A program made the position numbers and the translations under genes. DNA of 64,000 nt from a phage: the sequence record NC_135728.1; one strand, given 5' to 3'. The notes below the pieces were generated by a model. The model worked only from the letters and a program-made list of their open reading frames with translations. It made no database searches and was not told where the DNA came from. Below, in pieces: positions 20,291 to 29,904 of this stretch; the first letter of the stretch is position 1, and each line of letters opens with the position of its first letter.

Positions 20291-20761
20291 TTACTGTCCG
20301 ATTTTAAAGGTTGCAGATTCAAGCAGCACATCGTAATGCCGCATAGCCTCGTTGAAGCCCTTTTCTTGTGCCCACTGCTCACTAACAGTAGGATTACTAA
20401 ACTGACCAGCCTCAATAACAAACTGGATAGCTTTGGCCCCTGTGTCCCCCATCTGCTTAAGAATAGCCTCTGCACTTGATCCTCTAGCCATAGCTCTCAA
20501 CAATTTTTCTGTCAAGGTCTGTAGTTGAGTGCTGTGAAATGCAAAGGCTGTCTCCATGAAATTGCGAACAGGCAGCCCGTTCCAACCGAAGTTGTGAATG
20601 GCTGCCAATGTTGCCATATTTAAGCCTGACGGGTGAGGTTCGTCATAAAAGCCGTAGGTTATTGTTTTACTTTCAAGTCTCACAAGTTCTTTGTAGAAGC
20701 TATCTAAACGCTTTAGGTTGAACCTTGTTTGACATTTAACCTTTAGCATTATATCCCTCAC
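20291..20761 (-). CDS. hypothetical head-tail connector/completion protein (156 aa)
   Basis: ORF track; synteny. Confidence 0.4.
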   Translation of the reverse strand: MRDIMLKVKCQTRFNLKRLDSFYKELVRLESKTITYGFYDEPHPSGLNMATLAAIHNFGWNGLPVRNFMETAFAFHSTQLQTLTEKLLRAMARGSSAEAILKQMGDTGAKAIQFVIEAGQFSNPTVSEQWAQEKGFNEAMRHYDVLLESATFKIGQ

Positions 20762-20802
20762 TAATGTATTTTACCACAAAGATACATCAAAAGCAACAAT
20801 TT

Positions 20803-21480
20803 TTAAAAACTGCGTTTGCGTCTTGGGTGGCGAGGAGGTTGGTTATTTAGACCACTGATAGGTGTAATACCCTGGACATCGAACGGCCCGTTGCTGTTTT
20901 CATTAAATTTAACCCGAATTCCTTCATCTACACGAACACCACCAATGATAATCATTCTGCTGTAAGCATCTAGCTCAGAATCTACATAGTCTGGGTGTGC
21001 CAGCAGCCAATCAAGGAAATCTTTCCATTGGGCGTAGGAAGATCCACCACGAATCTCTATGGTCTCATCACCTATTTTTTCCAGACGGGAAGTTATACTT
21101 GCATTACCGCTGGAAACTTCCTGCATCATCAGCCATCGCACAAGCTGCACAAGCACATTGTACTTAAGCAGTGGTAGCTTATCAGGGTCTGCCGGATAAT
21201 TTAGTTTCAGCTTCTCCATATCAAGGAATGTTTTAATTACCTCATCAGGGAGTGTTTCCTCATCAACATTGCCAAGCAATAACCTCATAATATCAATAAG
21301 AGGTTGGTCTGGATCAGGTTCCGGAGGTACAGGATCTTCTTTTGGTGGCTCTTCTGGGGTATCGACTACACCATCATGGTTAGGCGGGGACGGGATAATA
21401 TCTTCATCTTCATACCATGCCATTTGAAAATACCTCGTAAAAATAAAGCCCCATTCCTGATTTGGAAGGGGCCTTAACAA
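20803..21480 (-). CDS. hypothetical structural protein (225 aa), Pro/Glu/Asp-rich N-terminus
   Basis: ORF track. Confidence 0.4.
   Translation of the reverse strand: MLRPLPNQEWGFIFTRYFQMAWYEDEDIIPSPPNHDGVVDTPEEPPKEDPVPPEPDPDQPLIDIMRLLLGNVDEETLPDEVIKTFLDMEKLKLNYPADPDKLPLLKYNVLVQLVRWLMMQEVSSGNASITSRLEKIGDETIEIRGGSSYAQWKDFLDWLLAHPDYVDSELDAYSRMIIIGGVRVDEGIRVKFNENSNGPFDVQGITPISGLNNQPPRHPRRKRSF
21439..21472 (-). terminator. rho-independent terminator
   Basis: gccccattcctgatttggaaggggc hairpin followed on the minus strand by TTTATTTTT. Confidence 0.5.
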
Positions 21481-21482
21481 AA

Positions 21483-22307
21483 TTATGCCAGTGCAGCCTC
21501 AAAATCTTTCATCATATTTTGGAAAGTTTTTGCCTTACTTAAGGTAACACCGTGCTCTTTAGCGAAGGTTTGGAGTGCATCTTTTGAACCACTTTTGTCA
21601 TCTTCGTTGTTAAGAGCTGCGGCCTGTTTAAGGATTTCATCCTTATTCTCAACAGCTGTAGATGCGAAAGAGGCTACAGCCACATCTTGTGGATCTGCTA
21701 CAGGACCTTCACCGTCACCCTCTCCAGGCGGCTCAGGCTCTGGTTCAGGCTCAGGTTCTGGTTCAGGTGCTACTGTAGAAGTCAAACCCAGATTTATAAC
21801 CTGAGAACGTTTCTTAGGCCACTCAATGGTGAAAGTTTGGGTATCTTCTTCATAAACAATGTTGCATTGCTCATCGTTTATGGTCACTTTTTTAGGCATT
21901 CCTGCAGGGTCCCATAGATGGCCCTCTGCCACGGAAACCTTGAAAGCAGCATCTACCTCTTTAAACACTGAAGGGGTAAGTGTAATGTTGACATCACCAC
22001 TTTGAAGTGTTAAAGTGCTTTCATCAAGGTTTTCTGTGAAGAACAGAAGAATAACACCCATACGGATAGTTGAAATACCAGTATCAATTGGCAGACCTGT
22101 ATGTTTTGCAATCTTCTCGAAGAAGTCTACAATCGTTCTACATGGATAGTGAACACTGCCAATAACGAATTCTGTTGGTGGCAGAAGGGCTGATAAACCA
22201 ACATTGATTTCTGGATTATATTGTGCTAAAAATTGATAAAAACTTAACTGATTGTTGAAAACTCTTAATAGAGGATCATACTCAACTGGATATACGGCTC
22301 TCTTCAC
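21483..22307 (-). CDS. hypothetical structural protein (274 aa) with (PE)n linker
   Basis: ORF track; contains APEPEPEPEPEPEPPGEGDGEGP low-complexity linker. Confidence 0.45.
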   Translation of the reverse strand: MKRAVYPVEYDPLLRVFNNQLSFYQFLAQYNPEINVGLSALLPPTEFVIGSVHYPCRTIVDFFEKIAKHTGLPIDTGISTIRMGVILLFFTENLDESTLTLQSGDVNITLTPSVFKEVDAAFKVSVAEGHLWDPAGMPKKVTINDEQCNIVYEEDTQTFTIEWPKKRSQVINLGLTSTVAPEPEPEPEPEPEPPGEGDGEGPVADPQDVAVASFASTAVENKDEILKQAAALNNEDDKSGSKDALQTFAKEHGVTLSKAKTFQNMMKDFEAALA

Positions 22308-22330
22308 GGGGCACTCCTGTTAAACCCTAA

Positions 22331-22364
22331 TAAATAAAAAGGGGAGGGGGAGAACCCCCTCCCC
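22331..22364. terminator. strong GC hairpin (ggggagggggagaaccccctcccc) flanked by A/T runs, bidirectional terminator
   Basis: Perfect G/C inverted repeat immediately downstream of the major capsid gene. Confidence 0.65.
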
Positions 22365-22391
22365 ATATGGGATGAATCACCTCAGTGATTA

Positions 22392-23399
22392 TTAATCACC
22401 TTTCAGAGTTGCTTTAACAACCAGCTCTGGACGGGTGTTAACTGCCAGCATAGAAGTTTCAGATTCAATCTTCTCTTCACGCAGGTATGCAGAGTGTTTA
22501 TACCACATATACAGTTCCTGTGCTGGGGTATTTGCTTCGTTAACATCATCTGCCGGAGCAAAGTGCAGCTGGAACATCTGATCAATACCCATCGGCAGAA
22601 TGCGAGCTTCTTTCTTAGGAATATTGCCAGAGATATCTTCGATAAAGGTGATACCTTTATGTTCGAACACACGATAAACGCTGTCCTGACCGCCAGCACC
22701 CAGACGACGACGCAGAGGTTCCTGAGCAGAGCCGTAGTAGGTGTATGCCAGCTCTACCAGCGGGTGGTGAGTGACTGCACTGAAGAACTCAGGAGAGCAC
22801 AGAGCCACGATACGGTAGCCAGCAGCGTTGTCACCAGCTTGCAGGGCGATATGCAGACGAGCGTCTTCCAGAACTTCCATCGGGTCCTGATCTGCTTTTG
22901 CAGGATCGATCTCAACAGATTTCTGAGACACACCCCACAGAGTGTAGTAATCATACTGGCAGGTAGCGTCACCAGGTGCATAGGATTTACCCAGAATAGC
23001 CTGGAACAGCGCTTTCTCACGCAGTGCTTCATGGGAAACACGGATACGGCGAACAACTCGGGTTACTACGTCCTGAACAGTTTTCGGAGCATCAGGGGTG
23101 AAGTAACGACGGAAGTTCTGAACATCTGCGGCGGTGATGCCTTTGTCCAGAGGGAAGAACGGGATGTTCAGGTTTTTAACCTGAGCACGTTCATTACCAA
23201 CGTAGTTACGCTCACCACCACGACGGCGTGCCGGAATGTCGGTTACAACTTCATCAACACGCTCGATCTGAGCAATCGTTGAGGTGCCGAGACGGGTTTC
23301 GAACAGATCCATACCAGTAATCAGTCGGAATTGGCGCGGAACAAGGTCCAGAGTAGCACCTAAATCAACAATGCCAAATTCATCTTTACGAGTAATCAT
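22392..23399 (-). CDS. major capsid protein (335 aa)
   Basis: Size and position after scaffold and small head protein; followed by a strong terminator, typical of highly expressed capsid genes. Confidence 0.75.
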   Translation of the reverse strand: MITRKDEFGIVDLGATLDLVPRQFRLITGMDLFETRLGTSTIAQIERVDEVVTDIPARRRGGERNYVGNERAQVKNLNIPFFPLDKGITAADVQNFRRYFTPDAPKTVQDVVTRVVRRIRVSHEALREKALFQAILGKSYAPGDATCQYDYYTLWGVSQKSVEIDPAKADQDPMEVLEDARLHIALQAGDNAAGYRIVALCSPEFFSAVTHHPLVELAYTYYGSAQEPLRRRLGAGGQDSVYRVFEHKGITFIEDISGNIPKKEARILPMGIDQMFQLHFAPADDVNEANTPAQELYMWYKHSAYLREEKIESETSMLAVNTRPELVVKATLKGD

Positions 23400-23447
23400 T
23401 TATTTCTCCAAAGTAAAACTTAAATATTTTCCCGAACAATTTAGGGC

Positions 23448-23837
23448 TTACTCATCACCAAGAGTCTGGACGTGAACTTTGTTACCTAAAGCTTCCAACT
23501 TATCCAGAATTCTTTGGTCTGCTTTAGTTCCACCTGCACCTAACAGCATGTCTTTTGCAAAGGTAACACCATGGACGGCAACAACCAGGTTATAGGCTTG
23601 ACCTACTTCTAAAGGTTTTGCAAGATGAACCGTACCAGCATCTTTGACAAGAGCACGGTCAACAAGAACGCCGTACACATCAGAACCGTCTGCGTTAGCG
23701 ATGGTACCTGTTTTTGTTACAACAGTGCCAGCGTGGTGATGCTCTGTCAGTGTTACCTTAATCTCTTTAAAATTGTAGCCAGCATCGCTAGAATCAACTT
23801 TGCCGAGCACGATATCAGAATATTGAGCGGTAATCAT
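23448..23837 (-). CDS. small head protein (129 aa), possible decoration/accessory capsid protein
   Basis: Position between scaffold and major capsid genes. Confidence 0.35.
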   Translation of the reverse strand: MITAQYSDIVLGKVDSSDAGYNFKEIKVTLTEHHHAGTVVTKTGTIANADGSDVYGVLVDRALVKDAGTVHLAKPLEVGQAYNLVVAVHGVTFAKDMLLGAGGTKADQRILDKLEALGNKVHVQTLGDE

Positions 23838-23857
23838 TTATTTCCCCCGTTAATGTC

Positions 23858-24835
23858 TTATTTGGCAGATTCTGCACGTGCACGAGCAAGTGCTTTTGCA
23901 ACGTTTTCAGCAAGAATTTCTTCTGCGGATTTTGCAATATCATCCACAACAGGTTCGCCATCATTACCATGTTCAGTGGTGGCAAACTCTTCTTTGGTTT
24001 TATGCACCTCTGCTTCCAGCTCTTTAATTTTGGCTTGAGCTTTCTCCAGCATAGCTACGATAGGTTCGTTAGCTTTTTCCAGCATGAAGTCAACCAGGGT
24101 TGCATGATCTTCTTCACCAACAAAGCTTAAAGCTTGAGCCTTGGTCAGCATTTTAGCTTTTTCAACTTCAACCTGGGCCTTAATAATTTCTTCAGCTTTA
24201 CTCTGGGTCGCTTTCAGCTCTTCTACTTGCTTCAGCAGGTCCAGGTACTCTTTGGTTTTGGTTACGTCCACCGGATTCTCCTCGGTATTTGCGGATTTTT
24301 CAATATCATCCACCTTGGTAGTTTTATCCACCTCAGCAGGTTCCTGTACCGCCTTAATCAGGTTCCCTTCTTTATCGAAGAGATCAGCGGTTACTTGTTC
24401 AAAAATCTGTTGTGTTTTTAACAGACTGTATTGATCTACCACACTAAGCTGCTTGCCTTCTTTTGCAGCTTTATGAATGGTCACGTTATCACAACGCTCT
24501 TCCAGCCATGCAATACAAGACTCTGCGTCAGCTTGCGCCCATTCCCAATCAGGATGCTCTTTAGCCCAAGCCTCTTCTTCAATCTCAAAGCCAAGCATGT
24601 GTGCAAGTGCTTTAGCATCATCATACCACATATCGAAGAAACGACGCAGGTATTCTTCAAAACTAAGCTCCACAGTAACTTGACGAAGTGCCTTAACAAT
24701 ATCGTCTGTTAACTGCTCAGGCTTAAGATCACTCTTCATCAAAAGAGATACAGGTCTGTTGTTAGCGCTATAGCCTTGCGCCTTGTGGCACAGGGCAATC
24801 CCCTTCTCTTTAATAGTAATCGTTTTTTCAGACAT
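23858..24835 (-). CDS. head scaffolding protein (325 aa), putative
   Basis: Highly charged Glu/Lys/Ala-rich helical sequence; position between portal/protease and capsid genes. Confidence 0.5.
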   Translation of the reverse strand: MSEKTITIKEKGIALCHKAQGYSANNRPVSLLMKSDLKPEQLTDDIVKALRQVTVELSFEEYLRRFFDMWYDDAKALAHMLGFEIEEEAWAKEHPDWEWAQADAESCIAWLEERCDNVTIHKAAKEGKQLSVVDQYSLLKTQQIFEQVTADLFDKEGNLIKAVQEPAEVDKTTKVDDIEKSANTEENPVDVTKTKEYLDLLKQVEELKATQSKAEEIIKAQVEVEKAKMLTKAQALSFVGEEDHATLVDFMLEKANEPIVAMLEKAQAKIKELEAEVHKTKEEFATTEHGNDGEPVVDDIAKSAEEILAENVAKALARARAESAK

Positions 24836-25269
24836 TATTCATTGCCCTCTTCTACAACACTGATCCCGAAGTTTACGTTGGTAATTTCACCAGTTTCTTC
24901 ATCAACATTACCTGTTGCCTGAATGCTTAGGCCACCAACAATGCCAGCCTTCTTAGCTTCCCATAATTCAGGATTATTGTATTTAACTTTAGCAACCCAA
25001 GAGCCAGCCTTGATGACCTGCTCAGTGCCAATCACTACAACATCAAACTCTTCTTGAATCCACGTCTTTTCAATGGTGAAAGCATCTGTAGAGGTCAAGT
25101 GAAAAAGGTTTTCAGAAACTAGTCCTGCGGCGTATGCTGCGTCCCAGTTATCTTTAGCCTTTTTGATGGTGTCTTTACTCATCCACTCACCGTGAGCATC
25201 TTTAGTGTCAGGCTCGTAGATGATTTCGTAGGAAATCATTTCTTCCTGTGGCATCTTATTCCCCATGTG
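24835..25269 (-). CDS. head morphogenesis protein, possible prohead protease (start uncertain)
   Basis: ORF track gives 24835-25410 but that overlaps the portal 3' end; internal Met at about 25269 proposed. Confidence 0.35.
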   Translation of the reverse strand, partial: HMGNKMPQEEMISYEIIYEPDTKDAHGEWMSKDTIKKAKDNWDAAYAAGLVSENLFHLTSTDAFTIEKTWIQEEFDVVVIGTEQVIKAGSWVAKVKYNNPELWEAKKAGIVGGLSIQATGNVDEETGEITNVNFGISVVEEGNE

Positions 25270-25321
25270 GATTATTTTATCACGCCAAAGGAGGTTTTGC
25301 AACCCCCTGTGTTGATAATTT

Positions 25322-26878
25322 TTAATTTTCCATGTTGGATATGGAATTATCTCTGGTTGATGACATCTTAGAAGTGCCGTTACCCGTGGATCCTGCAGCC
25401 ATTCCATCACCAGCTCTACTGATGTCCTGGCCCAAGAGCTTCATCAGCTCTTCCTGATCCATGTCCTCGTCAAATCTTTCATCAAACCCACCTACTTCAA
25501 GAATCTTATTAATTACTGCAGGAGTTTTTGGCAAGTAACCTACAGCACCGATCCTCTGGACAAACTTGGAGAAGCTCTCCATGTCCACCTCTTCAATCAG
25601 ACCAGGTTTCAGTTTAGGCATATCATCATCTTCAAGGATGATACCATTCAATGCCAAAAGCTGTGGAATAAGATCTTTATTGAAGGCTTCAGTGATAATA
25701 TCTATATCACGCTGAACAAAATGACCATGGATAGACTGTTTTGACTCAGACAGAGAGAAGGATCCAACGTTATCGTTACCGAGGTTAATAAAGCCAGCAC
25801 CGAAACGGTCAAGAATCGCCTTCTTACGGGCATCAATCAAATCTTTAGTGGAATACTGCTTACCCATACCGTCAACCCCCTTCAGGGTCATGGAGTAAAG
25901 CTCTTTACCAGACTTATCTCTATCAGACGGAAGTATAAAGAAACTTTGCTCACCACTATGGGCGTTTGCTGCGTCAAGCATAAGATCTGCAACCATTCTC
26001 CCTTCCATTGAATTCGGGTCAATGCTGGCCTTGTTCAAAATATTGGAAGGAATTTTCAGCTCAAGTACACCACCAAGGTCTTTGGAACAGCCAACAACCT
26101 CAAGGTTTTCAATCAGAACTTTCTCACGGAAAGATCTGTAGCAACCTATCATAGGTGACACACCTGCAGGGTTAGATTCTGTTCCTGACAGGGTCATGAG
26201 CATAAGTTTTTTAGCAGGGATGAAAATTTCAGGCTCATTAAAGCCTTTTGAAGGCATTGCAGCAAGAGGTCCAGCCCAGCGTGCATTCTGAGTGTTTAGA
26301 AATGCATTAGGTGACTGATAAATACCTGTCAGTGTTCTACTGTTCTTGTCAAAGACAAACGGCTCTGATCTAGACAGACTGGCCTGAGGTCGGAATGCAA
26401 TTTTATCAATAAGAAGCATCCCGGCATATTTACCTTCTTTCTCTCTGCGGTATACTTTCTCAAACAGTGAAAAACCATACTCGTTAAAGGTAGCTGCGCT
26501 TCTTGCAATATCCCGAAGGGTTTGTTGGTTTGCCAAATTACGCAAAGAATACTCTATAAGCTCTGCAGCTTTCTTAGAGTCTTCACTTTTAACATTATAA
26601 AGGATCTTAAAATCATTAAATGCTTTCGTGATGAAAACGTATTTTGTATCTAAGGCAGTAGCAACTGTGGAATCACATTTCATAGTCTCCACTGTGGCAA
26701 TCAGCTGAGGCCAACGCAATTCCTCAACCATCATAGATTGCGATTCTGCCATAATTTGGGAAAGTGCGCCAGAACCGATCTCACTCATACGAACATTATG
26801 AGTTGGTGCGCCTGCGTTCCCAGATTTATTCACAGTTTTGGCTGTGGCGTTGTGTTTCCTGCGGTTCTTTTTGGACAC
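25322..26878 (-). CDS. portal protein (518 aa)
   Basis: Size and position directly downstream of the large terminase. Confidence 0.65.
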   Translation of the reverse strand: MSKKNRRKHNATAKTVNKSGNAGAPTHNVRMSEIGSGALSQIMAESQSMMVEELRWPQLIATVETMKCDSTVATALDTKYVFITKAFNDFKILYNVKSEDSKKAAELIEYSLRNLANQQTLRDIARSAATFNEYGFSLFEKVYRREKEGKYAGMLLIDKIAFRPQASLSRSEPFVFDKNSRTLTGIYQSPNAFLNTQNARWAGPLAAMPSKGFNEPEIFIPAKKLMLMTLSGTESNPAGVSPMIGCYRSFREKVLIENLEVVGCSKDLGGVLELKIPSNILNKASIDPNSMEGRMVADLMLDAANAHSGEQSFFILPSDRDKSGKELYSMTLKGVDGMGKQYSTKDLIDARKKAILDRFGAGFINLGNDNVGSFSLSESKQSIHGHFVQRDIDIITEAFNKDLIPQLLALNGIILEDDDMPKLKPGLIEEVDMESFSKFVQRIGAVGYLPKTPAVINKILEVGGFDERFDEDMDQEELMKLLGQDISRAGDGMAAGSTGNGTSKMSSTRDNSISNMEN

Positions 26879-26892
26879 AAGCTTTACCCCTC

Positions 26893-26931
26893 AAAACAGT
26901 ATAACAAAATAGCCCTCGTGTTAGAGGGCTA
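26893..26931 (-). terminator. hairpin (tagccctcgtgttagagggcta) with U-rich tail on minus strand; attenuator/terminator between terminase and portal
   Basis: 8-bp stem followed on the minus strand by T-rich sequence. Confidence 0.45.
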
Positions 26932-26980
26932 GTATCTCCGATTAATCTATTCTACCACATCTAATTAAGATTGGCAACAC

Positions 26981-28102
26981 TTAGATAAAACGCTTGAACA
27001 TAGAAGGTGATGAGATTGATGGAATCACACAAGGAAGTGCTACCTCCTCTTTCTCCAGGAAATTAATTGCAGAAGCTACACAGTCAGCCCAGTCGTCTTT
27101 TCTGTTAAATGTTGATCTTTCCCCGTTGAATTTTTCAAGTTCGGTCAGAAATGCTTCCAGAGTATCAGGATGGAAACTGGATTTTACAATCCTCACCATC
27201 CCTTGTTGGGCAAGATTGGCAAAAGGTGAGAACCTTGTCAGTTTAGACTTGTTGGAAGGCATTGGGTCTTCTTCAACCCTGAACCCTTCTGCGAGCAAGG
27301 ATCTGGATGAGGTTAAGAACTCACTCTTACCTGCCTGACCAGGGTCCACAGAGAATACGATTATGCAATCATCACCATCAAACTGCGCCTGTTTCCTGAT
27401 GATCACATCTCGTTCACCAGCCTTTTTACAGAACTTGCCTTCCAGACCTGTGGAATACCTCCCGTCATCCACGTTTTCAGGACAATAATCCCCTGACAGG
27501 TAATAAAAGCCGTCGCTATCTTTACTTACCTTAATACTGGCAGTAAAGTCAGGAAATTTATTGCCAGAAGTTCTCTCGGTTCCTGCCTTATCCCATGCCC
27601 TGCAAGATACTGATCCAAGGGGTACTCTATCGGCATCACGAAGGAAAGATCTTTGAAAATAGTTTGCACCCTCAGGCTTTGCAAACCAGTTACCATGGAG
27701 AAGCTGAGCTTTTTCCAGCTCTGGTAGACCTTCGAGGAAAGCAAGGTATTCTGGGTTGTCTCTCAAACAGACAGGATTATCAAATATTGTTGCGCCTATG
27801 AACGAGAATGACAACGGTCTTGGCTTGATCTCTACACCCAGTCCGTTAACCGTGGTGTATTTCTCTATCAACTCTTCCTTAGAGTCTCCCCAAATAAATT
27901 CACCGTCGCGTCGGATAAAATATCTTTTCTTACCACATTTCTCCGGATCTGGATACCCTTCATCGTCCAACCACCATCTAACCAGTTTGGCAAGCATGTG
28001 TTCTGAATCAGGGTTACAGCTGATAACCATCCTTGATGGATACTTTGACTGAGATCGCAGACGAGACATCAGATAGTCTATCTGCTCCCATTCAAATTGT
28101 GT
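26981..28102 (-). CDS. terminase large subunit, exon 2 (nuclease half); 5' boundary approximate
   Basis: Frame continues upstream of the annotated Met (TQFEWEQIDYL-MSRLRS...); contains MVISCNPD motif; different frame from exon 1, reconciled by removing the intron. Confidence 0.75.
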   Translation of the reverse strand, partial: TQFEWEQIDYLMSRLRSQSKYPSRMVISCNPDSEHMLAKLVRWWLDDEGYPDPEKCGKKRYFIRRDGEFIWGDSKEELIEKYTTVNGLGVEIKPRPLSFSFIGATIFDNPVCLRDNPEYLAFLEGLPELEKAQLLHGNWFAKPEGANYFQRSFLRDADRVPLGSVSCRAWDKAGTERTSGNKFPDFTASIKVSKDSDGFYYLSGDYCPENVDDGRYSTGLEGKFCKKAGERDVIIRKQAQFDGDDCIIVFSVDPGQAGKSEFLTSSRSLLAEGFRVEEDPMPSNKSKLTRFSPFANLAQQGMVRIVKSSFHPDTLEAFLTELEKFNGERSTFNRKDDWADCVASAINFLEKEEVALPCVIPSISSPSMFKRFI

Positions 28103-28421
28103 CGTTTATGTTCGGGCAAGGTCGCTAGTCTTGCCCCGCCATTTTCAGGCAGCTGCATGTCTCCATGCAGACCAGACTATATCTTATAAGCGACAACAAC
28201 CGCTTACCCTCCCGTTTCGAATCGCTTGATTCTACGTCTCTCGACTAGTCGTTGAACGTTCATCCTCTCGGATGCTTCGCTGCGGATTATCTAAATTAAC
28301 ACACTGTTACCCTACCTTCGATCTCTCTTCGAAGCCTCTATCATGTTACCATGACAGGTTGGTGGTGTCAATAATAAAGATTTCCCCGCAATTAGGGAGG
28401 TTTTACGAGAGCTGCAAATTA
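28103..28421 (-). ncRNA. group I self-splicing intron (ORF-less, about 319 nt) interrupting the large terminase gene
   Basis: Minus-strand sense contains the four conserved group I core elements: P AATTGCGGGGAAA (plus 28381-28400 region), Q AATCCGCAGC (28279-28288), R GTTCAACGACTAGTC (28243-28257), S AAGATATAGTCTGG (28172-28185); in-frame stop right after the 5' splice site; intron ends in G. Confidence 0.8.
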
Positions 28422-28847
28422 ACCCTCATCGAAGCAAACCATGGTGTACTCAAGCCCCTGATGGTTAAGCTTATCTTGTACATACTCCATGTGGCAGTAT
28501 TTTACAACAGCTCCCTTTTTGCTTCTATCCCACTTACCAGTGTTCGGATCAAACCGTGGAAAAATGAACTTATGATCCTTCTCTCTGAACTTTGGCTTAA
28601 TGTTTTCAGGCAGATCACTATAAATAGCTACTGCTTTAGGCCATAGTCCACCCTCACCTTCCAACTGTGGGGTTGTTCTTCGGAACATAACCACAGAGCT
28701 GTGGGGGTCATCAATAATTTTAAGTGGCATCAACTGCAAGAGGAACGACTTGCCAGACCCTGCGGCACCTCCGATTACCAAAATATCTGCATCGTTTTCT
28801 AGGATCATCTTCTGCTTTTCAGAACACGGTCCGTAAATCTTAGACAT
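28422..28847 (-). CDS. terminase large subunit, exon 1 (ATPase half)
   Basis: Walker A GGAAGSGKS and Walker B VCFDE; ends at ...VCFDEG followed by an intron-borne stop. Confidence 0.8.
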
Positions 28848-29134
28848 TAACCTCTCTCCTTTGGAAACAGTGTTCTAATATAGTCTTGCAAAATGATCAA
28901 TTTAGCTCTATCATTACTACAAGACAGATTATTATCCCTCATAATGCCAGAATTCACCGCATCTGGCGCACCTTTCTTCAAAGGCATAGCTCTAGCAGGT
29001 GGTTTCATGGCACCTTCTGGGGGTTTAACAATCAACCTTCCTACATCTGGAGTGTCAATCCTATATTCTCTCTCAACGCTGGTTGCACACCCACATAATA
29101 ACAAGCACACAATAAACAGTGTAGCAACTCTCAT
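28847..29134 (-). CDS. o-spanin-like outer-membrane lipoprotein (Rz1-like)
   Basis: Signal peptide with lipobox LLCGC, proline-rich mature region (KPPEGAMKPPARAMP); follows and overlaps by 4 nt the i-spanin-like gene. Confidence 0.6.
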   Translation of the reverse strand: MRVATLFIVCLLLCGCATSVEREYRIDTPDVGRLIVKPPEGAMKPPARAMPLKKGAPDAVNSGIMRDNNLSCSNDRAKLIILQDYIRTLFPKERG

Positions 29135-29529
29135 CGATCCTCCTGATTGATACTCTCATTATAAATATCTATAAGCTGATCAGGGAGTGTTGACTTCTTA
29201 CCTTCAGGTGATTGGAGGTAGATAGTCTGCTTTTCTCTACCTGCCCTCTCAGCTATATTTAATTTATCCTGCAGATCAGAAAGAGATTTTTCAAGGTTTT
29301 TAACCTCCTCTGCGTGGCCCATTTTAATTTTGTCGGCCTGCTTTTGTTGCTGATCAAGGATCCGTTCCCACTTTAACTCTGTTGCTGACACACCCTCTTG
29401 GTAGGCATCATTAAGCTTAGAGTTAAACCAATACACGGCCCCAAGATAAGCTGTACCTATAGCCGCTGCAAAAACTAAACCTTTTATGATCCCTCTATAC
29501 CTACTAAGCCATGTTAAACCTGAAATCAT
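29131..29529 (-). CDS. i-spanin-like protein (Rz-like)
   Basis: N-terminal transmembrane segment followed by a charged coiled-coil-like periplasmic domain; paired with a downstream lipoprotein. Confidence 0.6.
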   Translation of the reverse strand: MISGLTWLSRYRGIIKGLVFAAAIGTAYLGAVYWFNSKLNDAYQEGVSATELKWERILDQQQKQADKIKMGHAEEVKNLEKSLSDLQDKLNIAERAGREKQTIYLQSPEGKKSTLPDQLIDIYNESINQEDR

Positions 29530-29544
29530 TTTAAGGCTCCAGAA

Positions 29545-29580
29545 ACGAAAAAACCCCGCAGCTATACAGCTAACGGGGCG
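29545..29580 (-). terminator. rho-independent terminator
   Basis: ccccgcagctatacagctaacgggg hairpin followed on the minus strand by TTTTTTCGTTT. Confidence 0.55.
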
Positions 29581-29634
29581 GGTTAAAATTGAGTAACCTA
29601 AATAGATCGAAACTAACTAAAAGGAGACTAATAC

Positions 29635-29904
29635 TTATCGAGGCACTCGGTGGATGATTCTAACAGTAACTGCATTTTCATTCATCAAGTATGCATCTAC
29701 ATCTCTGTAAATATAAAACTTCTGCTCACTATCAACAACACAAGCTACCGCCCCTTCAGAGTTGTCTTCAAAAAAGACCACCACTGCATCGCAGCTGAGT
29801 TCATGATATGACTCTCGAAGATTTACAGCCAGAGGATTGAAATCGTCACGAAAATCTACAGTATTGGTTGGATTTACACGCTCTACAATTTTAAGTGTAT
29901 ACAT
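29635..29904 (-). CDS. hypothetical protein (89 aa)
   Basis: ORF track. Confidence 0.45.
   Translation of the reverse strand: MYTLKIVERVNPTNTVDFRDDFNPLAVNLRESYHELSCDAVVVFFEDNSEGAVACVVDSEQKFYIYRDVDAYLMNENAVTVRIIHRVPR

Noticed and set aside
22494-23282. 262-aa plus-strand ORF antisense to the major capsid gene
   Set aside because: Overlaps the capsid gene completely; Cys/Phe-rich implausible translation; no RBS.
23448-23837. Confident call of the 129-aa head protein as a lambda gpD-type decoration protein
   Set aside because: Only synteny supports it; I could not see sequence similarity to gpD by eye, so it is kept as a low-confidence accessory head protein.
28070-28418. Terminase interpreted as a frameshifted pseudogene or as two separate genes
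   Set aside because: The intervening segment carries the full set of group I intron core elements, so splicing is the more parsimonious explanation.
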